Assembly: GCA_965219345.1 (NCBI GenBank)
Contig: OZ244732.1
Span: 1,056,001-1,120,000, forward strand
Origin: Nitrosopumilus sp.
Lineage (GTDB): Archaea > Thermoproteota > Nitrososphaeria > Nitrososphaerales > Nitrosopumilaceae
Direction: 5' to 3'
DNA length: 64,000 nucleotides
Part shown: positions 46,901-57,367 of the stretch, piece after piece
How the letters are laid out: each line of letters opens with the position of its first letter
How positions within the stretch are numbered: the first letter of the stretch is position 1
Translations under genes and position numbers: made by a program
The notes under the pieces: generated by a model
What the model was told of the DNA's origin: nothing
The model's database searches: none
What the model saw: the letters and a program-made list of their open reading frames with translations, nothing else

Positions 46901-49411
46901 TTATACTAATGGTTTATCTCCTTCAGTAGGATCAATTAATTCTGTTTTCTCACCATTACTGATTCTCTCTAGAATCTCTGATGCAGAATATTTGTGCAAG
47001 TATTCGTTATTGTTTCCACATCTGTATGAGAATGTACATCTAGGACATCCAGATTCATTTTCACATGGACATTCCTTTACGATATGCATACTTCTTTCAA
47101 GGGCTTTTTCAAATCTATCATACAGTGCTTTACTGGCACCGCTTCCTCCTATTGCCCCATCATAGATAAAAATCAAGCCTGAAGTACCTAGAGATATGCC
47201 TCCCAAGTCTTGTGATACTCCTCCAGTAATCATATTGCTTCCTTCAATGACAACATGCTCTGTTGCATGGTATCCACTGGCTTCAGTATATTCTTCATCT
47301 TCTGCTTTCTCAATAATTTTGAGAGGTCTTGGAGCATGGAAAACAATTCCCTTGGTAACAAAATCATACTCTAGTGGAGTATCTAGTAGTACTTTTTTTC
47401 CTTGAGTAATCTCTTGCCCTAGTTCTATGTTGACATAACCATAAACTTTCTTTTGAATATGTAGTTTACAAAATGCTACTTCTACACCGTTTGCTTTTCT
47501 TCTCTCAAAAACATTCTCAATTGTTGGCCACTCTTCTGTAAGTGATTTTGTATAATATGGATAATCTCTTGGAATTCTTTTTAGTTTAGCATAATTTTTT
47601 TTGGGATAATCAAATTCTTTAACCTTGTAACGAATTCCTGCCAAAAAATAGATTGCATCTTTATGCAATTTCTCTAATGCAATTGGTAATATTCTATCTC
47701 CTACCTTTTTTTCATTTAAGAAAATATTAATTGATTTTCCAATTCCCCTAATACTATAATCATTTAACATAGAATTGATTTTATCGAAATTTGGAATAAT
47801 TCTATTATTGAATTCCTTGAGATTCTCTTTGATTATGTGATGCTCAATTATCTCCTGATGCTCTTTTAGTTCATGTTTTGAAATTGATCTATCACATGCC
47901 ATTGCCAAAACCTGAAATTCTTCTACAAACGGATTCTTGGGATCGATGTATGTTTTTTCAATATCCTCAAAATAATCATCAGGATGATTCTTGTAATATT
48001 GAGAAATAGGATCATTTCCTAATGCCAAAAATGCATATCCTCTTTGGCCTTTTCTTGCTGCTCTTCCAATTCTCTGAATTAGTCTGTTTATTGGGATAGT
48101 AGATGATATAACACAATCTACATTGCCTACGTCTATGCCTAATTCAAGCGTAGGAGTACATGAAATTGCCTGTAACTTGTCTTCTTTGAATTGTCTTTCT
48201 ACTGATGTTCTGTAGTTTGCCATCAACCCTGCCCTGTGAACTTTAATGTCAACTTTTTGTTTTTTTGCTTGAATTGCTAAAAGTTCAGAGTTTAGATGTG
48301 AATTGTTAAACACCATAGTTTTATGGTTTTTTTCAGTCAATTTCTTTGTCAGCTCTACCATTAGTACTCTCTGTGTTCGAAGTGATGGAAACAACATTGC
48401 AAAATCTGTCTGACCCTTTTTTCCAGGACCATGAATGATTTGCATTTTTTCTCCAAATAACTGTTGACAGAATTCTTTTGCATCATCAAGTGTAGCTGAT
48501 ACTGCAACAAACTGTAACTTGTTAGTACAAATCTTCTTGAGTCGTTTTATGATATAGTGAACATTTGATCCAAAAATTCCTGAATAGACATGTGCTTCAT
48601 CTACCACTAGAATTTTTGTTGAAGTCAATATGGATGAAAACTTTGTCTGATGCCAAAGATGATAGTGTATAATATCAAAATTTGTAATTAGAATTTGGGG
48701 TGGATTTTCAATAATTTCTCTTCTTTCTTTTATCTTTGTGTCTACATCAAAAATTTTGACATTGATTCCAATCTTTTCTGAAAATTTTTGAATTTTTGGA
48801 TATTGATCTCTTGATAATGCTTTTGTTGGATATACAAAAATTGCAAAGACATTTCCATCACTTGAATCTTTTTTAATTTTTTGAATTACTGGAATTAAAA
48901 ATGCTTCAGTTTTCCCTGATGCTGTAGGTGCTTCAATTACAACATTTTCTCCAAATGTAATTTCTTGAATTGACTCTTCTTGAAATTGATAAAACTGCTT
49001 TGTCTCTAATTCCTTAAGATGATCAGAAATAGATTCCTCTAATCCCAAGTCTTCAACTTTACAGCCCATTTTAGGCTCAGTATTCTTCAAAACCTTGTAT
49101 TGTGAAACATAGTCTTTTTTTGAAAATAGTATTTCCTCAGTGATTTTGTCTGGCTTGTTTTTTCCAATCATTTCTTTGATTTCATTTTTCCCTCTAACGA
49201 TTCCTTCATCCTTTAGACCTTCTGAAAGCCCTTTTTCTGTGACTAATCCCTTGTCAAATCTTGAAAGAAATTCAAGGAATACCTCATCAACATTTTTTGA
49301 AAATTCTAATAGATCTTCAATACCACATTTTGCGCAAGATACGTGCATTTTTTTGTTGAATGTTTTTTGAATCTCTATTTTTGACTTACATTTTGGACAT
49401 GAGAATTTCAA
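46901..49411 (-). CDS. DEAH-box helicase with C-terminal DUF1998 Zn domain (Hrq1/SftH-like)
   Basis: PTASGKT, DEAH, LELGIDVG, QRIGRAAR and CPC...GCPRC motifs. Confidence 0.9.
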   Translation of the reverse strand: MKFSCPKCKSKIEIQKTFNKKMHVSCAKCGIEDLLEFSKNVDEVFLEFLSRFDKGLVTEKGLSEGLKDEGIVRGKNEIKEMIGKNKPDKITEEILFSKKDYVSQYKVLKNTEPKMGCKVEDLGLEESISDHLKELETKQFYQFQEESIQEITFGENVVIEAPTASGKTEAFLIPVIQKIKKDSSDGNVFAIFVYPTKALSRDQYPKIQKFSEKIGINVKIFDVDTKIKERREIIENPPQILITNFDIIHYHLWHQTKFSSILTSTKILVVDEAHVYSGIFGSNVHYIIKRLKKICTNKLQFVAVSATLDDAKEFCQQLFGEKMQIIHGPGKKGQTDFAMLFPSLRTQRVLMVELTKKLTEKNHKTMVFNNSHLNSELLAIQAKKQKVDIKVHRAGLMANYRTSVERQFKEDKLQAISCTPTLELGIDVGNVDCVISSTIPINRLIQRIGRAARKGQRGYAFLALGNDPISQYYKNHPDDYFEDIEKTYIDPKNPFVEEFQVLAMACDRSISKHELKEHQEIIEHHIIKENLKEFNNRIIPNFDKINSMLNDYSIRGIGKSINIFLNEKKVGDRILPIALEKLHKDAIYFLAGIRYKVKEFDYPKKNYAKLKRIPRDYPYYTKSLTEEWPTIENVFERRKANGVEVAFCKLHIQKKVYGYVNIELGQEITQGKKVLLDTPLEYDFVTKGIVFHAPRPLKIIEKAEDEEYTEASGYHATEHVVIEGSNMITGGVSQDLGGISLGTSGLIFIYDGAIGGSGASKALYDRFEKALERSMHIVKECPCENESGCPRCTFSYRCGNNNEYLHKYSASEILERISNGEKTELIDPTEGDKPLV

Positions 49412-49525
49412 GATCTATTTGATAAGAAATGATTAGTGATTTATTATTAATCAATATATCTTACTCATGATTAAAATATTCCTGAAATGAAAATACTATT
49501 ATCATAATATCTTTTCATTATTCAT

Positions 49526-51232
49526 ATGTCCCTGAATGCAGATTTCCCCCTAATCAAAAAAACTAGAAAAATTTTTGAAAAAAGTAAATTTAATTTTGTT
49601 ACTGAAAGAGTTCATTTCTGGATAGAAGGCGATGATGAAGAGATCACTGAAGCAGATGTGTGTATAATTCATGAAAATCAAATGTATTTAGTAGAATGTA
49701 AAAGTGGAAAAATAAAAGGTAGAAATGACGAATTACGAAGAAAAAAAGATCTAATTTCTGCTATAAAATCAAAGTCTATTCAAAAAGTCGTAAATGATAG
49801 CACCCCGAAACTTTTACTAAATAGATTAGATGAAATTGACGATGTATATCTTTGTTATTATCTTGGAGATGACTCTGTTTACAAAAATAACAAAGCCTCA
49901 TTAGAGAAAAAAAATATTTTAGTTTGGAACAATGATGCAGTAACATATTTTGATATAGTCTCTGAAAGCTTGGAAAGTTTAACACGTAAAGAAATCATCT
50001 ATAGGGAATTTGAAATCAAAGATAAAAATAGTAAATCACAAAGTATTCCTGCAATAAAATTCAAACAGGGAAATTTAATTTTACATTTGTTCACACTAGA
50101 TGTTGAGACACTCTTAAAAATTGCATATGTTTCTAGAAGAGGTTCAAAAAGAGATGAGTCCTATCAAAGAATAATCAATTCAGACAGATTAGACTCTATT
50201 ACTCGTTTCATTACTGAATCAAAAAATCTCATTATGACTAATCCTATTATTTTGGCATTTGATTCTGATGTTTATGGAAAAGTAAAATACAATAATCCTG
50301 GAGAGATGGATTTTAAGAGTATTGCTTGCTCTGCATGGATAATTGATGGTCAACATAGAATTTTTGCATTTCGAGATATTGATCTAGGTTCAAAAAGATA
50401 CAAAAAATATAATATCAAAATTCCAATAGTTGCATTAGAAAAATCTAATGCAGAAATCCAAAGTGAAACCTTTGTTAACATAAATTATTATCAAAAGAAA
50501 ATTGAATCTCTGCTTATTTATGATCTTGCTGCAGATTTCAAATATCCTAGAAATGAATTAGTGTGGCCCAGTTTATTGACAATGAAATTAAATGAAAATG
50601 GTACACTTAGCGGCTTAATCAAAACTAAAGAACTTGAAAAGAGAGAAAAAGATGAACGGAAAAAGCCTTTACAATCTACCAATTTTGTTAGAACCATTTT
50701 GGATGAATTACTTGGTTATAATTCAAAATCTGATGAGTATGATGGACCACTTTACACATTATCCAAATTCAGTAAAAATTCCAAAGTTTCAACAAAGCAA
50801 AACAAAAATGCCTTTAACATTCATTTATCAATCTTGCAATCGTATTTTGATGCAGTTATGTCTTTTACTGAAAAACTTGGAAAAGATTGGAGAGATATAG
50901 CAGAAAAGCGTGGATTTTTAACATCTTCTGCAATCAAGGCATTTTTGTTAGTTTTAGTAACCATTTTAAGAGTAGAAAGAAAAAAAACAATAGATTTCAA
51001 AGAAATTCTAAAACCTCTTGCAACTACTGATTTTACAGTAGGTCAATATGCAACATACAGAGCTGGATATCCTGCAATTAATGGATATACAAAAGATCTG
51101 CTGAAAAAAATTAGCTCTCACTCTAGCAAAAAATACGAATACATTTCAATTAGTCAAATCCGAAAAAAATTAGAGAAAGAAAAAACATCTCAAGTAAAAT
51201 CCAAAAAATCTAAAGCAAAAAGAAAACAATAA
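49526..51232 (+). CDS. PD-(D/E)xK nuclease fused to a DGQHR (DndB-like) domain
   Basis: N-terminal EADV...LVECKSG; YQR, NPIIL, IIDGQHR and FVNIN..QK motifs. Confidence 0.85.
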   Translation: MSLNADFPLIKKTRKIFEKSKFNFVTERVHFWIEGDDEEITEADVCIIHENQMYLVECKSGKIKGRNDELRRKKDLISAIKSKSIQKVVNDSTPKLLLNRLDEIDDVYLCYYLGDDSVYKNNKASLEKKNILVWNNDAVTYFDIVSESLESLTRKEIIYREFEIKDKNSKSQSIPAIKFKQGNLILHLFTLDVETLLKIAYVSRRGSKRDESYQRIINSDRLDSITRFITESKNLIMTNPIILAFDSDVYGKVKYNNPGEMDFKSIACSAWIIDGQHRIFAFRDIDLGSKRYKKYNIKIPIVALEKSNAEIQSETFVNINYYQKKIESLLIYDLAADFKYPRNELVWPSLLTMKLNENGTLSGLIKTKELEKREKDERKKPLQSTNFVRTILDELLGYNSKSDEYDGPLYTLSKFSKNSKVSTKQNKNAFNIHLSILQSYFDAVMSFTEKLGKDWRDIAEKRGFLTSSAIKAFLLVLVTILRVERKKTIDFKEILKPLATTDFTVGQYATYRAGYPAINGYTKDLLKKISSHSSKKYEYISISQIRKKLEKEKTSQVKSKKSKAKRKQ

Positions 51233-51256
51233 ATGTTTTATCAATTTCTGAATTCA

Positions 51257-52633
51257 TTATGAGTTCTTTTTCTTCGATTTGATCTTTATTGTAGATTTTA
51301 ATTTAATTCCTGTTTTTCTATATAATTTAGCTGTACGTAATTTCTCACCTGTTTTTTCTATTTTCTTTTCATACAGGAGAATATCAATTATTGATTTTAC
51401 GGGTTGTCTATTTTCAACCAATCTCTCAGGTAAAATTTTATTCAAACTTGCTTTGTGAAATGCTTTATCTGGCAATTTCTTTAATGATTTTCCTAAATGA
51501 GATTTTGGATCTTTGATGTTTCCTAATTTTATTCTAGTGGTTGGCCTCATGTTTCTTCCCATCACATAACACAAATAATCTCCAGCTTTATTTTTGTAAT
51601 ATACATAAGTGCTTTTGAAACCTCTGATTTCTTTTTCAGATAGTTCTTTGAATTTGAATTTGTAGCCTTTTGGTACTTCAGGTACATCAAGATGTACATC
51701 ATCTTTTTTACCTGATTCTTCCGCATCTGTCCATTTAATTGGATGATACACAGGTATCATGAAATTTGATGAAAGAAATTTTTCATCTAATCTTTTTTGT
51801 GCTAATTTTACATATGGTTTTCTTAAATCAGTTCCAATAAAATTTCTACCAAGTAATTTTGCTATTTTAGTGGTTTGACCACTTCCGTTCATAGGATCTA
51901 ACACTGTATCTTTTTTCTTTGAATATAGTTGGATTAACCTCCATGGAATTTGTTCAGGAAATACTGCAGGATGTTTGATCACACGTGGTGGAACTGGTGT
52001 TATGTCCCATATAGATAATGAGACTTGTCTTTTCATAGCTCTGTTTAATGGAATTTTTTCTGTATTTTTTCTATCTAGAGGAATTTTCCCACCACCTTTT
52101 TCAAGAACTATGATGTACTCGTGCATAATATTTGCTCTATAATAAGTTGGAAACGAGTGTTGTACAAAAACCCCAAATCTATTTCCTGCACCATTTCTAC
52201 CTGCAGTCACTTTATTCCAAATAATCATATCACGTAAATGCCAACCTAATTCCTCTTCATTTTCTTTAACTAATCTAGATATTAACAAACTAGATAGTGG
52301 AATCAATTTTCCATTTACTACTTCATCTCCAATTACAATACAACAAAATCCTCCCGGTTTAGTTACTTTCAAAACTTCAGAAAATATTTGTTCCATCTCA
52401 TCCAAATATTTCTCTGTTGTAGTGCCTACATTTCCTCGAAATGATGATTTCTGAGATTTTTTCTCATTATCTACATGTTGAGAATAATTAATAGCATTTC
52501 TATAAGGTGGAGAAGTAATAGTGAGTGAAACACTTTTAGGTTTGATATATTTGCTTAATTCTTTACTATTTGCTTGAAAAATCTCATTTATTTTATATTT
52601 TTTATTTGTCACGAAATATCTGTCAATTATCAA
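51257..52633 (-). CDS. Beta-class N4-cytosine/N6-adenine DNA methyltransferase with basic C-terminal extension
   Basis: TSPPY before LDPMNGSGQT; IIWNK, HEYI and HPAVFP motifs. Confidence 0.9.
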   Translation of the reverse strand: MIIDRYFVTNKKYKINEIFQANSKELSKYIKPKSVSLTITSPPYRNAINYSQHVDNEKKSQKSSFRGNVGTTTEKYLDEMEQIFSEVLKVTKPGGFCCIVIGDEVVNGKLIPLSSLLISRLVKENEEELGWHLRDMIIWNKVTAGRNGAGNRFGVFVQHSFPTYYRANIMHEYIIVLEKGGGKIPLDRKNTEKIPLNRAMKRQVSLSIWDITPVPPRVIKHPAVFPEQIPWRLIQLYSKKKDTVLDPMNGSGQTTKIAKLLGRNFIGTDLRKPYVKLAQKRLDEKFLSSNFMIPVYHPIKWTDAEESGKKDDVHLDVPEVPKGYKFKFKELSEKEIRGFKSTYVYYKNKAGDYLCYVMGRNMRPTTRIKLGNIKDPKSHLGKSLKKLPDKAFHKASLNKILPERLVENRQPVKSIIDILLYEKKIEKTGEKLRTAKLYRKTGIKLKSTIKIKSKKKNS

Positions 52634-52652
52634 AGCGCTTTAAAACTTTCGT

Positions 52653-53003
52653 TTAGTCCTGTTTTGTTTCAGGTTCATCTACTTTTTTCTGACCTATTTT
52701 TCCAGAAATAATTTCTCGAAGTTCATCATCTGTTTTGTCTTCAACTTTAACTTCAATTGACTTGGCAATAATCTCTAACTTTTCTCGTTCTGTCTCTACA
52801 GGTCCAGAAATTTTTGGTGCTTCTTCTGTTACTTCTTTCATATTGTCTTGAATTTCATTTTTTGCTTTGTTGTATTCATTAACAGCTTTTCCAAGTTTTT
52901 TGGCAACACCAGGTAATTTTCCTGTTCCTAAAATCAAAACTAGTGCAACAAAAACAATAATCATCCATTCGCTTCCAGCTATATTCAATGAATAATCAAG
53001 CAT
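52653..53003 (-). CDS. tatA: Twin-arginine translocase TatA/E subunit
   Basis: GSEW...LILGTGKLPGVAKKLGKAVNEY. Confidence 0.85.
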   Translation of the reverse strand: MLDYSLNIAGSEWMIIVFVALVLILGTGKLPGVAKKLGKAVNEYNKAKNEIQDNMKEVTEEAPKISGPVETEREKLEIIAKSIEVKVEDKTDDELREIISGKIGQKKVDEPETKQD

Positions 53004-53133
53004 GTTTTATTATGCTATAATTTGAAATTAAACGTAATGTTCAAGATTTATGCCTAAACGTCACTTTCATCTTTGAATATCAAGTATGAGGACACACTCA
53101 TTGATTTAAAGAAATTCAAAACCATTTAATTTT

Positions 53134-53447
53134 ATGAAGAAAATTGAAGTAATCATTCAACCAGGAAAAAGAGATGCAGTTGTTGCTGCAATCAAACGTA
53201 ATGGCGTTGGTGGTGTAACTATTCATCATGTTCAAGGTCAAGGTGCACAAGATCTCCTTTAGTTGGTCAATACTTCAGTAGAGATATGATCATCTGTGTT
53301 GTAGGTGATCCTAAACTTAATGATGTCTTGGGTTCAATTGCAGGTGTTGCTTGCACTGGAGCTAAAGGTGATGGTAAAGTCTTTGTCACCACAGTTGATG
53401 ATGCTCTTGATATATGCACCAAAAAACGTGGAACCACATCTATCTAA
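53134..53447 (+). pseudogene. glnB: PII nitrogen regulatory protein, frameshifted
   Basis: MKKIEVII...GVGGVT...QGQGAQD then a 1-nt deletion near 53254; second frame gives ...CTGAKGDGKVFV. Confidence 0.85.
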
Positions 53448-54598
53448 TTTTGAATTCTTTGTGGTTCTAGTTTCTTTCTAGACATTATAGCAAGAAGCGT
53501 GACTCCTATTCCTATTACACAAAATACCAAATACGGTGTTTCATCTCCAAATGATTGTGTGATTGGACCTCCAATGGTTGGTCCTATTGCCCAACCAATT
53601 CCAAAAACTGTTTCATATGCACCAATTATTTTTCCTGAAATTGCCTTTCGAGTTTTACTCAAAATTATCTCTAAGGTCAATGGGAAGAATATACTAAATC
53701 CAAATCCCATTAGAACAAGTGCAATTGCAAAAGTAATGATTGAATCTGCAACAACTGATACTGCTAATCCTGCTGATACTGCAATCGTTGCAGCAATCAA
53801 AGTCTGACTTGTTTTTCTTGCAAACTTTCCTGCTAATGCGAGTGATACAACTCGTGATATTCCAAAAACAAAATACAATAGCAAAATAGCTGTAGCATCC
53901 ATCCCATTGTCATTTAGAAATGCTGGGTATATTGTGAGAATTATCCCAAAAGAAGATGTGCAGAAAATCAATAAAATTATCACTTCTGGAAATTTTTTCA
54001 TTTCCTTAATTGATGAAAAAGAGAATCGTTCGTGATTAGTTCTAACCCTTTTTCTTGATATTATTAATGCAGACATTATTGCAGTAGCTAGAATAAATGC
54101 CGTAATTTGGAACAGAATTCTGTAGGTAATATCCAGACCCTCCAGGAATACTGTGCCAAGTAATGGACCTACCATAAATCCAATAACAAAAAACATTGTG
54201 AACCAGGAGATGTTTTTGACTCTGTTTTTCTCAGTACTTTCGTTAGCAATAATGGATTGACAAGGCGGCCAAAAAAATGCATGAGCCACTCCTGTCATTA
54301 TTCTAAATCCCATAATTTCTGGAACTGATTGTGCTATTGATAGAAGATAGATTGATGCAGAATTGATAGCAGCTCCTAATGCAAGTAGATACCCGCTGTT
54401 AAATCTGTCAAGAAGAATTCCTACAAAAAGTGGAATGAACATGTAGGGGATAAAATTACTTAATCCAATTAATCCAAGTTCGGAATACGTGGCACCAATA
54501 ACGTTCTTTGCAAAAATGGGTAGAATTGGTCCATGTAATCCATATGAAATTCCTATGATTAAAGCAGTAATGTTGACTAGTATCAGGACTCTGTTCAT
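53444..54598 (-). CDS. MFS transporter
   Basis: About 12 TM helices; GILLDRF motif A. Confidence 0.9.
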   Translation of the reverse strand: MNRVLILVNITALIIGISYGLHGPILPIFAKNVIGATYSELGLIGLSNFIPYMFIPLFVGILLDRFNSGYLLALGAAINSASIYLLSIAQSVPEIMGFRIMTGVAHAFFWPPCQSIIANESTEKNRVKNISWFTMFFVIGFMVGPLLGTVFLEGLDITYRILFQITAFILATAIMSALIISRKRVRTNHERFSFSSIKEMKKFPEVIILLIFCTSSFGIILTIYPAFLNDNGMDATAILLLYFVFGISRVVSLALAGKFARKTSQTLIAATIAVSAGLAVSVVADSIITFAIALVLMGFGFSIFFPLTLEIILSKTRKAISGKIIGAYETVFGIGWAIGPTIGGPITQSFGDETPYLVFCVIGIGVTLLAIMSRKKLEPQRIQN

Positions 54599-55287
54599 TT
54601 GTATGCTGCAACCATTATTGCTCCGCCCATAAGATCTTTCTCAAATTCTACTCTAGAAAATTTTTCTAGTAACAATCCCTCGAGCTTTTTGTTTTGAGGC
54701 CATCTTTTGAATGTGCCATACAATGTTCCAAACTTTAATCCAAGTCTTCCTCCTGCAATAAATGCAAGAATGGGAAGAATACATCTTAGATAAAATGAAA
54801 CTCCTGCTCTGATGAATGCCTCATCTGGTTTTCCTAAATCAACAATTACAAATCTACCATCTTTTTTCAACACTCGATGAATTTCAGAAATTGCAATTCT
54901 CAAATTGATTGCATCTCTCAATGAGTATCCACACAAAACTGCATCAAACTCTTCTTCTCTAAATGGAATGTGTTCAAAAACTCCGTTTGCCATGTCTGGT
55001 GGTTTTTCAAAATGAGTGCTTGTGTTTTTGAGCATAGGAACTAAAGGATCATAAAGTGTAACTGAAATTTTTCCATCAGTCTGTTTTAGTGCAGTCTTTG
55101 ACATGTTGCCAAAACCAGAGCCTGCATCTAGAATTTTGTTACCTGGAAACACTCGTTGTGAGATTCCGTGACTTCTATGTTCCACATCTTTACCAAGTGA
55201 AATGATAGAATTTACTTTATCATAAACGGGAATAATCTCCCGAAGTACTTCCATTACTTCTCCCCAATAGCTTCCTAAACCACTCAT
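54595..55287 (-). CDS. UbiE/MenG-family SAM methyltransferase
   Basis: YDKVNSIISLG, LDAGSGFG and EIHRVLKKDG motifs. Confidence 0.85.
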   Translation of the reverse strand: MSGLGSYWGEVMEVLREIIPVYDKVNSIISLGKDVEHRSHGISQRVFPGNKILDAGSGFGNMSKTALKQTDGKISVTLYDPLVPMLKNTSTHFEKPPDMANGVFEHIPFREEEFDAVLCGYSLRDAINLRIAISEIHRVLKKDGRFVIVDLGKPDEAFIRAGVSFYLRCILPILAFIAGGRLGLKFGTLYGTFKRWPQNKKLEGLLLEKFSRVEFEKDLMGGAIMVAAYK

Positions 55288-55420
55288 AATCTATCGTCTC
55301 TGTATACTTTTTGAATAGTTTTCAAATACCTTCGGTTTTGTCCGATTTTATAATCATAATAGTATTGTTTATTCATTTCAAGATGTCCTATTCTGTCAAT
55401 AGGATAAACACAATAAAAAT

Positions 55421-56260
55421 TCACATCACGGGTATTATTTTTTTATTTGCTAATTTTGAAGCCTCATTCTTTAAACATAATTCTGCAAAAGCAATTTCAT
55501 CATAATTGACTTTTTTCATACCATTACACCTTTTAATTTCAGGATATTCACTGTATAGTTTATTGTTGATGGTACGCCCTCCTGATTTTGGTCTAAATCC
55601 TCCCCACTGTTTGAAAAATACTGAAACTTTTTGTTTTTTACATTGTTTAATTATGTCCAAAATCCATTCTTTTTCTACAGATCTGTACTTAGGCCCACTT
55701 TCACCACCAATTATTGCCCAGTCTATTCCTTTAAGACTAATTTTTCCTACTGGTCCAATTAATGGCTCAAAACTTATGAAACGTGTACGACATTTCACTT
55801 TACGTAACTCATTAATTCTAAAAACACAATCTTGATTTTCAACACTTACGCCCATCCAAATATAATTTGGAATTTTATGTCCAAAATACTTTATAAAAAG
55901 ATTAGAAAATTCTACCATTCGTTGTGGGCGTTTAGTTAAAATTTGATAATCGTGTTGATCGGCCTGAATCATTGTGTGGAAACAACGGCCGACAAATTCG
56001 AATGATGATTTTTCGTGAAATAAATCGGACATACTATTTACAAAAATCTTCTTTGATTTTTTCCAATTCAATGGAATATCGACATCCGAAGGATGTTGAA
56101 CAAATTTAAATCCTTTTTTGTATTTTTTTAATTTCATTCGATGTAGACGATTGGATAATTTTTCAGCATAACAATTCTTACATCCGGGTGAAATTTTAGT
56201 ACAGCCCGTTGATGGATTCCATGTTGCTTCTGTCCATTCAATGGCAGAGTTTGTTGCCAT
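55421..56260 (-). CDS. DUF5131 (phage Gp37/Gp68-like) three-Cys radical-SAM-like protein
   Basis: SAIEWTEATWNP.TGCTKISPGCKNCYA, FVNSMSDLFH, QILTKRP, WAIIGGESG and FFKQWGG motifs. Confidence 0.92.
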   Translation of the reverse strand: MATNSAIEWTEATWNPSTGCTKISPGCKNCYAEKLSNRLHRMKLKKYKKGFKFVQHPSDVDIPLNWKKSKKIFVNSMSDLFHEKSSFEFVGRCFHTMIQADQHDYQILTKRPQRMVEFSNLFIKYFGHKIPNYIWMGVSVENQDCVFRINELRKVKCRTRFISFEPLIGPVGKISLKGIDWAIIGGESGPKYRSVEKEWILDIIKQCKKQKVSVFFKQWGGFRPKSGGRTINNKLYSEYPEIKRCNGMKKVNYDEIAFAELCLKNEASKLANKKIIPVM

Positions 56261-56353
56261 GTTATCCGATCTATATTGATATGTTAAAAGGTTTCATGGT
56301 GCAAAAATATTTGATAAATGGCTGATTATGTTTTTTAATTTCTTATTATAATA

Positions 56354-57304
56354 TTGTACAATAGTAGAATGATGGTAACGAAAATTGATCCTTATGACTG
56401 GGTTAAAGAGAGAATCACATATTTGGTTCGAAAAATTGAACCTGTAAAAAAAGATGGTAAAATCGTTTCTCCCGGAAAAATCTGGTCTATTAAGAAAGTA
56501 TTAGCACTTGATTATTACATTGTATCAACACATGCAATTTACAGAAAAAATTTTGAATATTGGTATTTTGTAGATACTCATTGTGGTTCAGGTATGATAG
56601 GTTTTGATGAAAAACCTTTGGATAATGAAAAATTTCCCGGTTCTCCATTAATTGCAACATTGAGAAATTCAAATAATCCTTTTTCCGATTATTTTCTTTC
56701 AGATACTTCTGAGGAATCAATTAATGCGTTAAAAAACAGATTGTCGAAACTCAAAGATTATGTTGGAAATCGAACTTATTCTCCAGAAGTAAGATCTTTT
56801 TCAGAAACTGCAGAAATAATTAAAAATAAAGATGCTTGGGGTAATATTTTTCTAATTTTTATTGATCCTGCTGGATTTAAAGATCTTCAATGGAAAGATC
56901 TTGAAAAATTACTGTCTATTGATAAGGCAGATATTTTCATTACTTTCATGAGTTATGGTGTGGCACTAAATCGTCCACATGCACATGAAAAAGAAGAAAG
57001 TGGAAAAATTTTTGATAATGTATTTGGAACTCCTGATTGGAGAAAGTGTAACAACCAAGATGAATTAGTAGATTTGTACATCCGTCAAATTAAAACTAAA
57101 AAAGAATATGTTGAAAATATTCCTATTTTTAGAGCAGGTGAAAATAAATTGTATGACCTAATTTTTGCGTCTAGTAATCCTACTGGTGCCGGTAGTGTAA
57201 TGACGTACATTAAAGGAATTATCGACAACGTGACCACCGAATTGATTGAAGAGGCACTAAAAGTTGCAACCGACAATAAAGAAGATTTGGATAAATGGCT
57301 CTAA
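56354..57304 (+). CDS. Three-Cys-motif partner protein (TcmP-like, SAM methyltransferase fold)
   Basis: WSIKK...LDYY, VDTHCGSG, GSPL, FIDPAG and YDLIFAS motifs; divergent from DUF5131. Confidence 0.8.
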   Translation: MYNSRMMVTKIDPYDWVKERITYLVRKIEPVKKDGKIVSPGKIWSIKKVLALDYYIVSTHAIYRKNFEYWYFVDTHCGSGMIGFDEKPLDNEKFPGSPLIATLRNSNNPFSDYFLSDTSEESINALKNRLSKLKDYVGNRTYSPEVRSFSETAEIIKNKDAWGNIFLIFIDPAGFKDLQWKDLEKLLSIDKADIFITFMSYGVALNRPHAHEKEESGKIFDNVFGTPDWRKCNNQDELVDLYIRQIKTKKEYVENIPIFRAGENKLYDLIFASSNPTGAGSVMTYIKGIIDNVTTELIEEALKVATDNKEDLDKWL

Positions 57305-57367
57305 AAATACTCTTTTGAATATTATTCTAAAGAAAACTATGTGGTCTTGTTTTCAAATCAAAAACTT

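Noticed and set aside
49526-51232. Complete Dnd phosphorothioation system
   Set aside because: Only a DGQHR-domain protein is present; no DndA/C/D/E homologues in the window.
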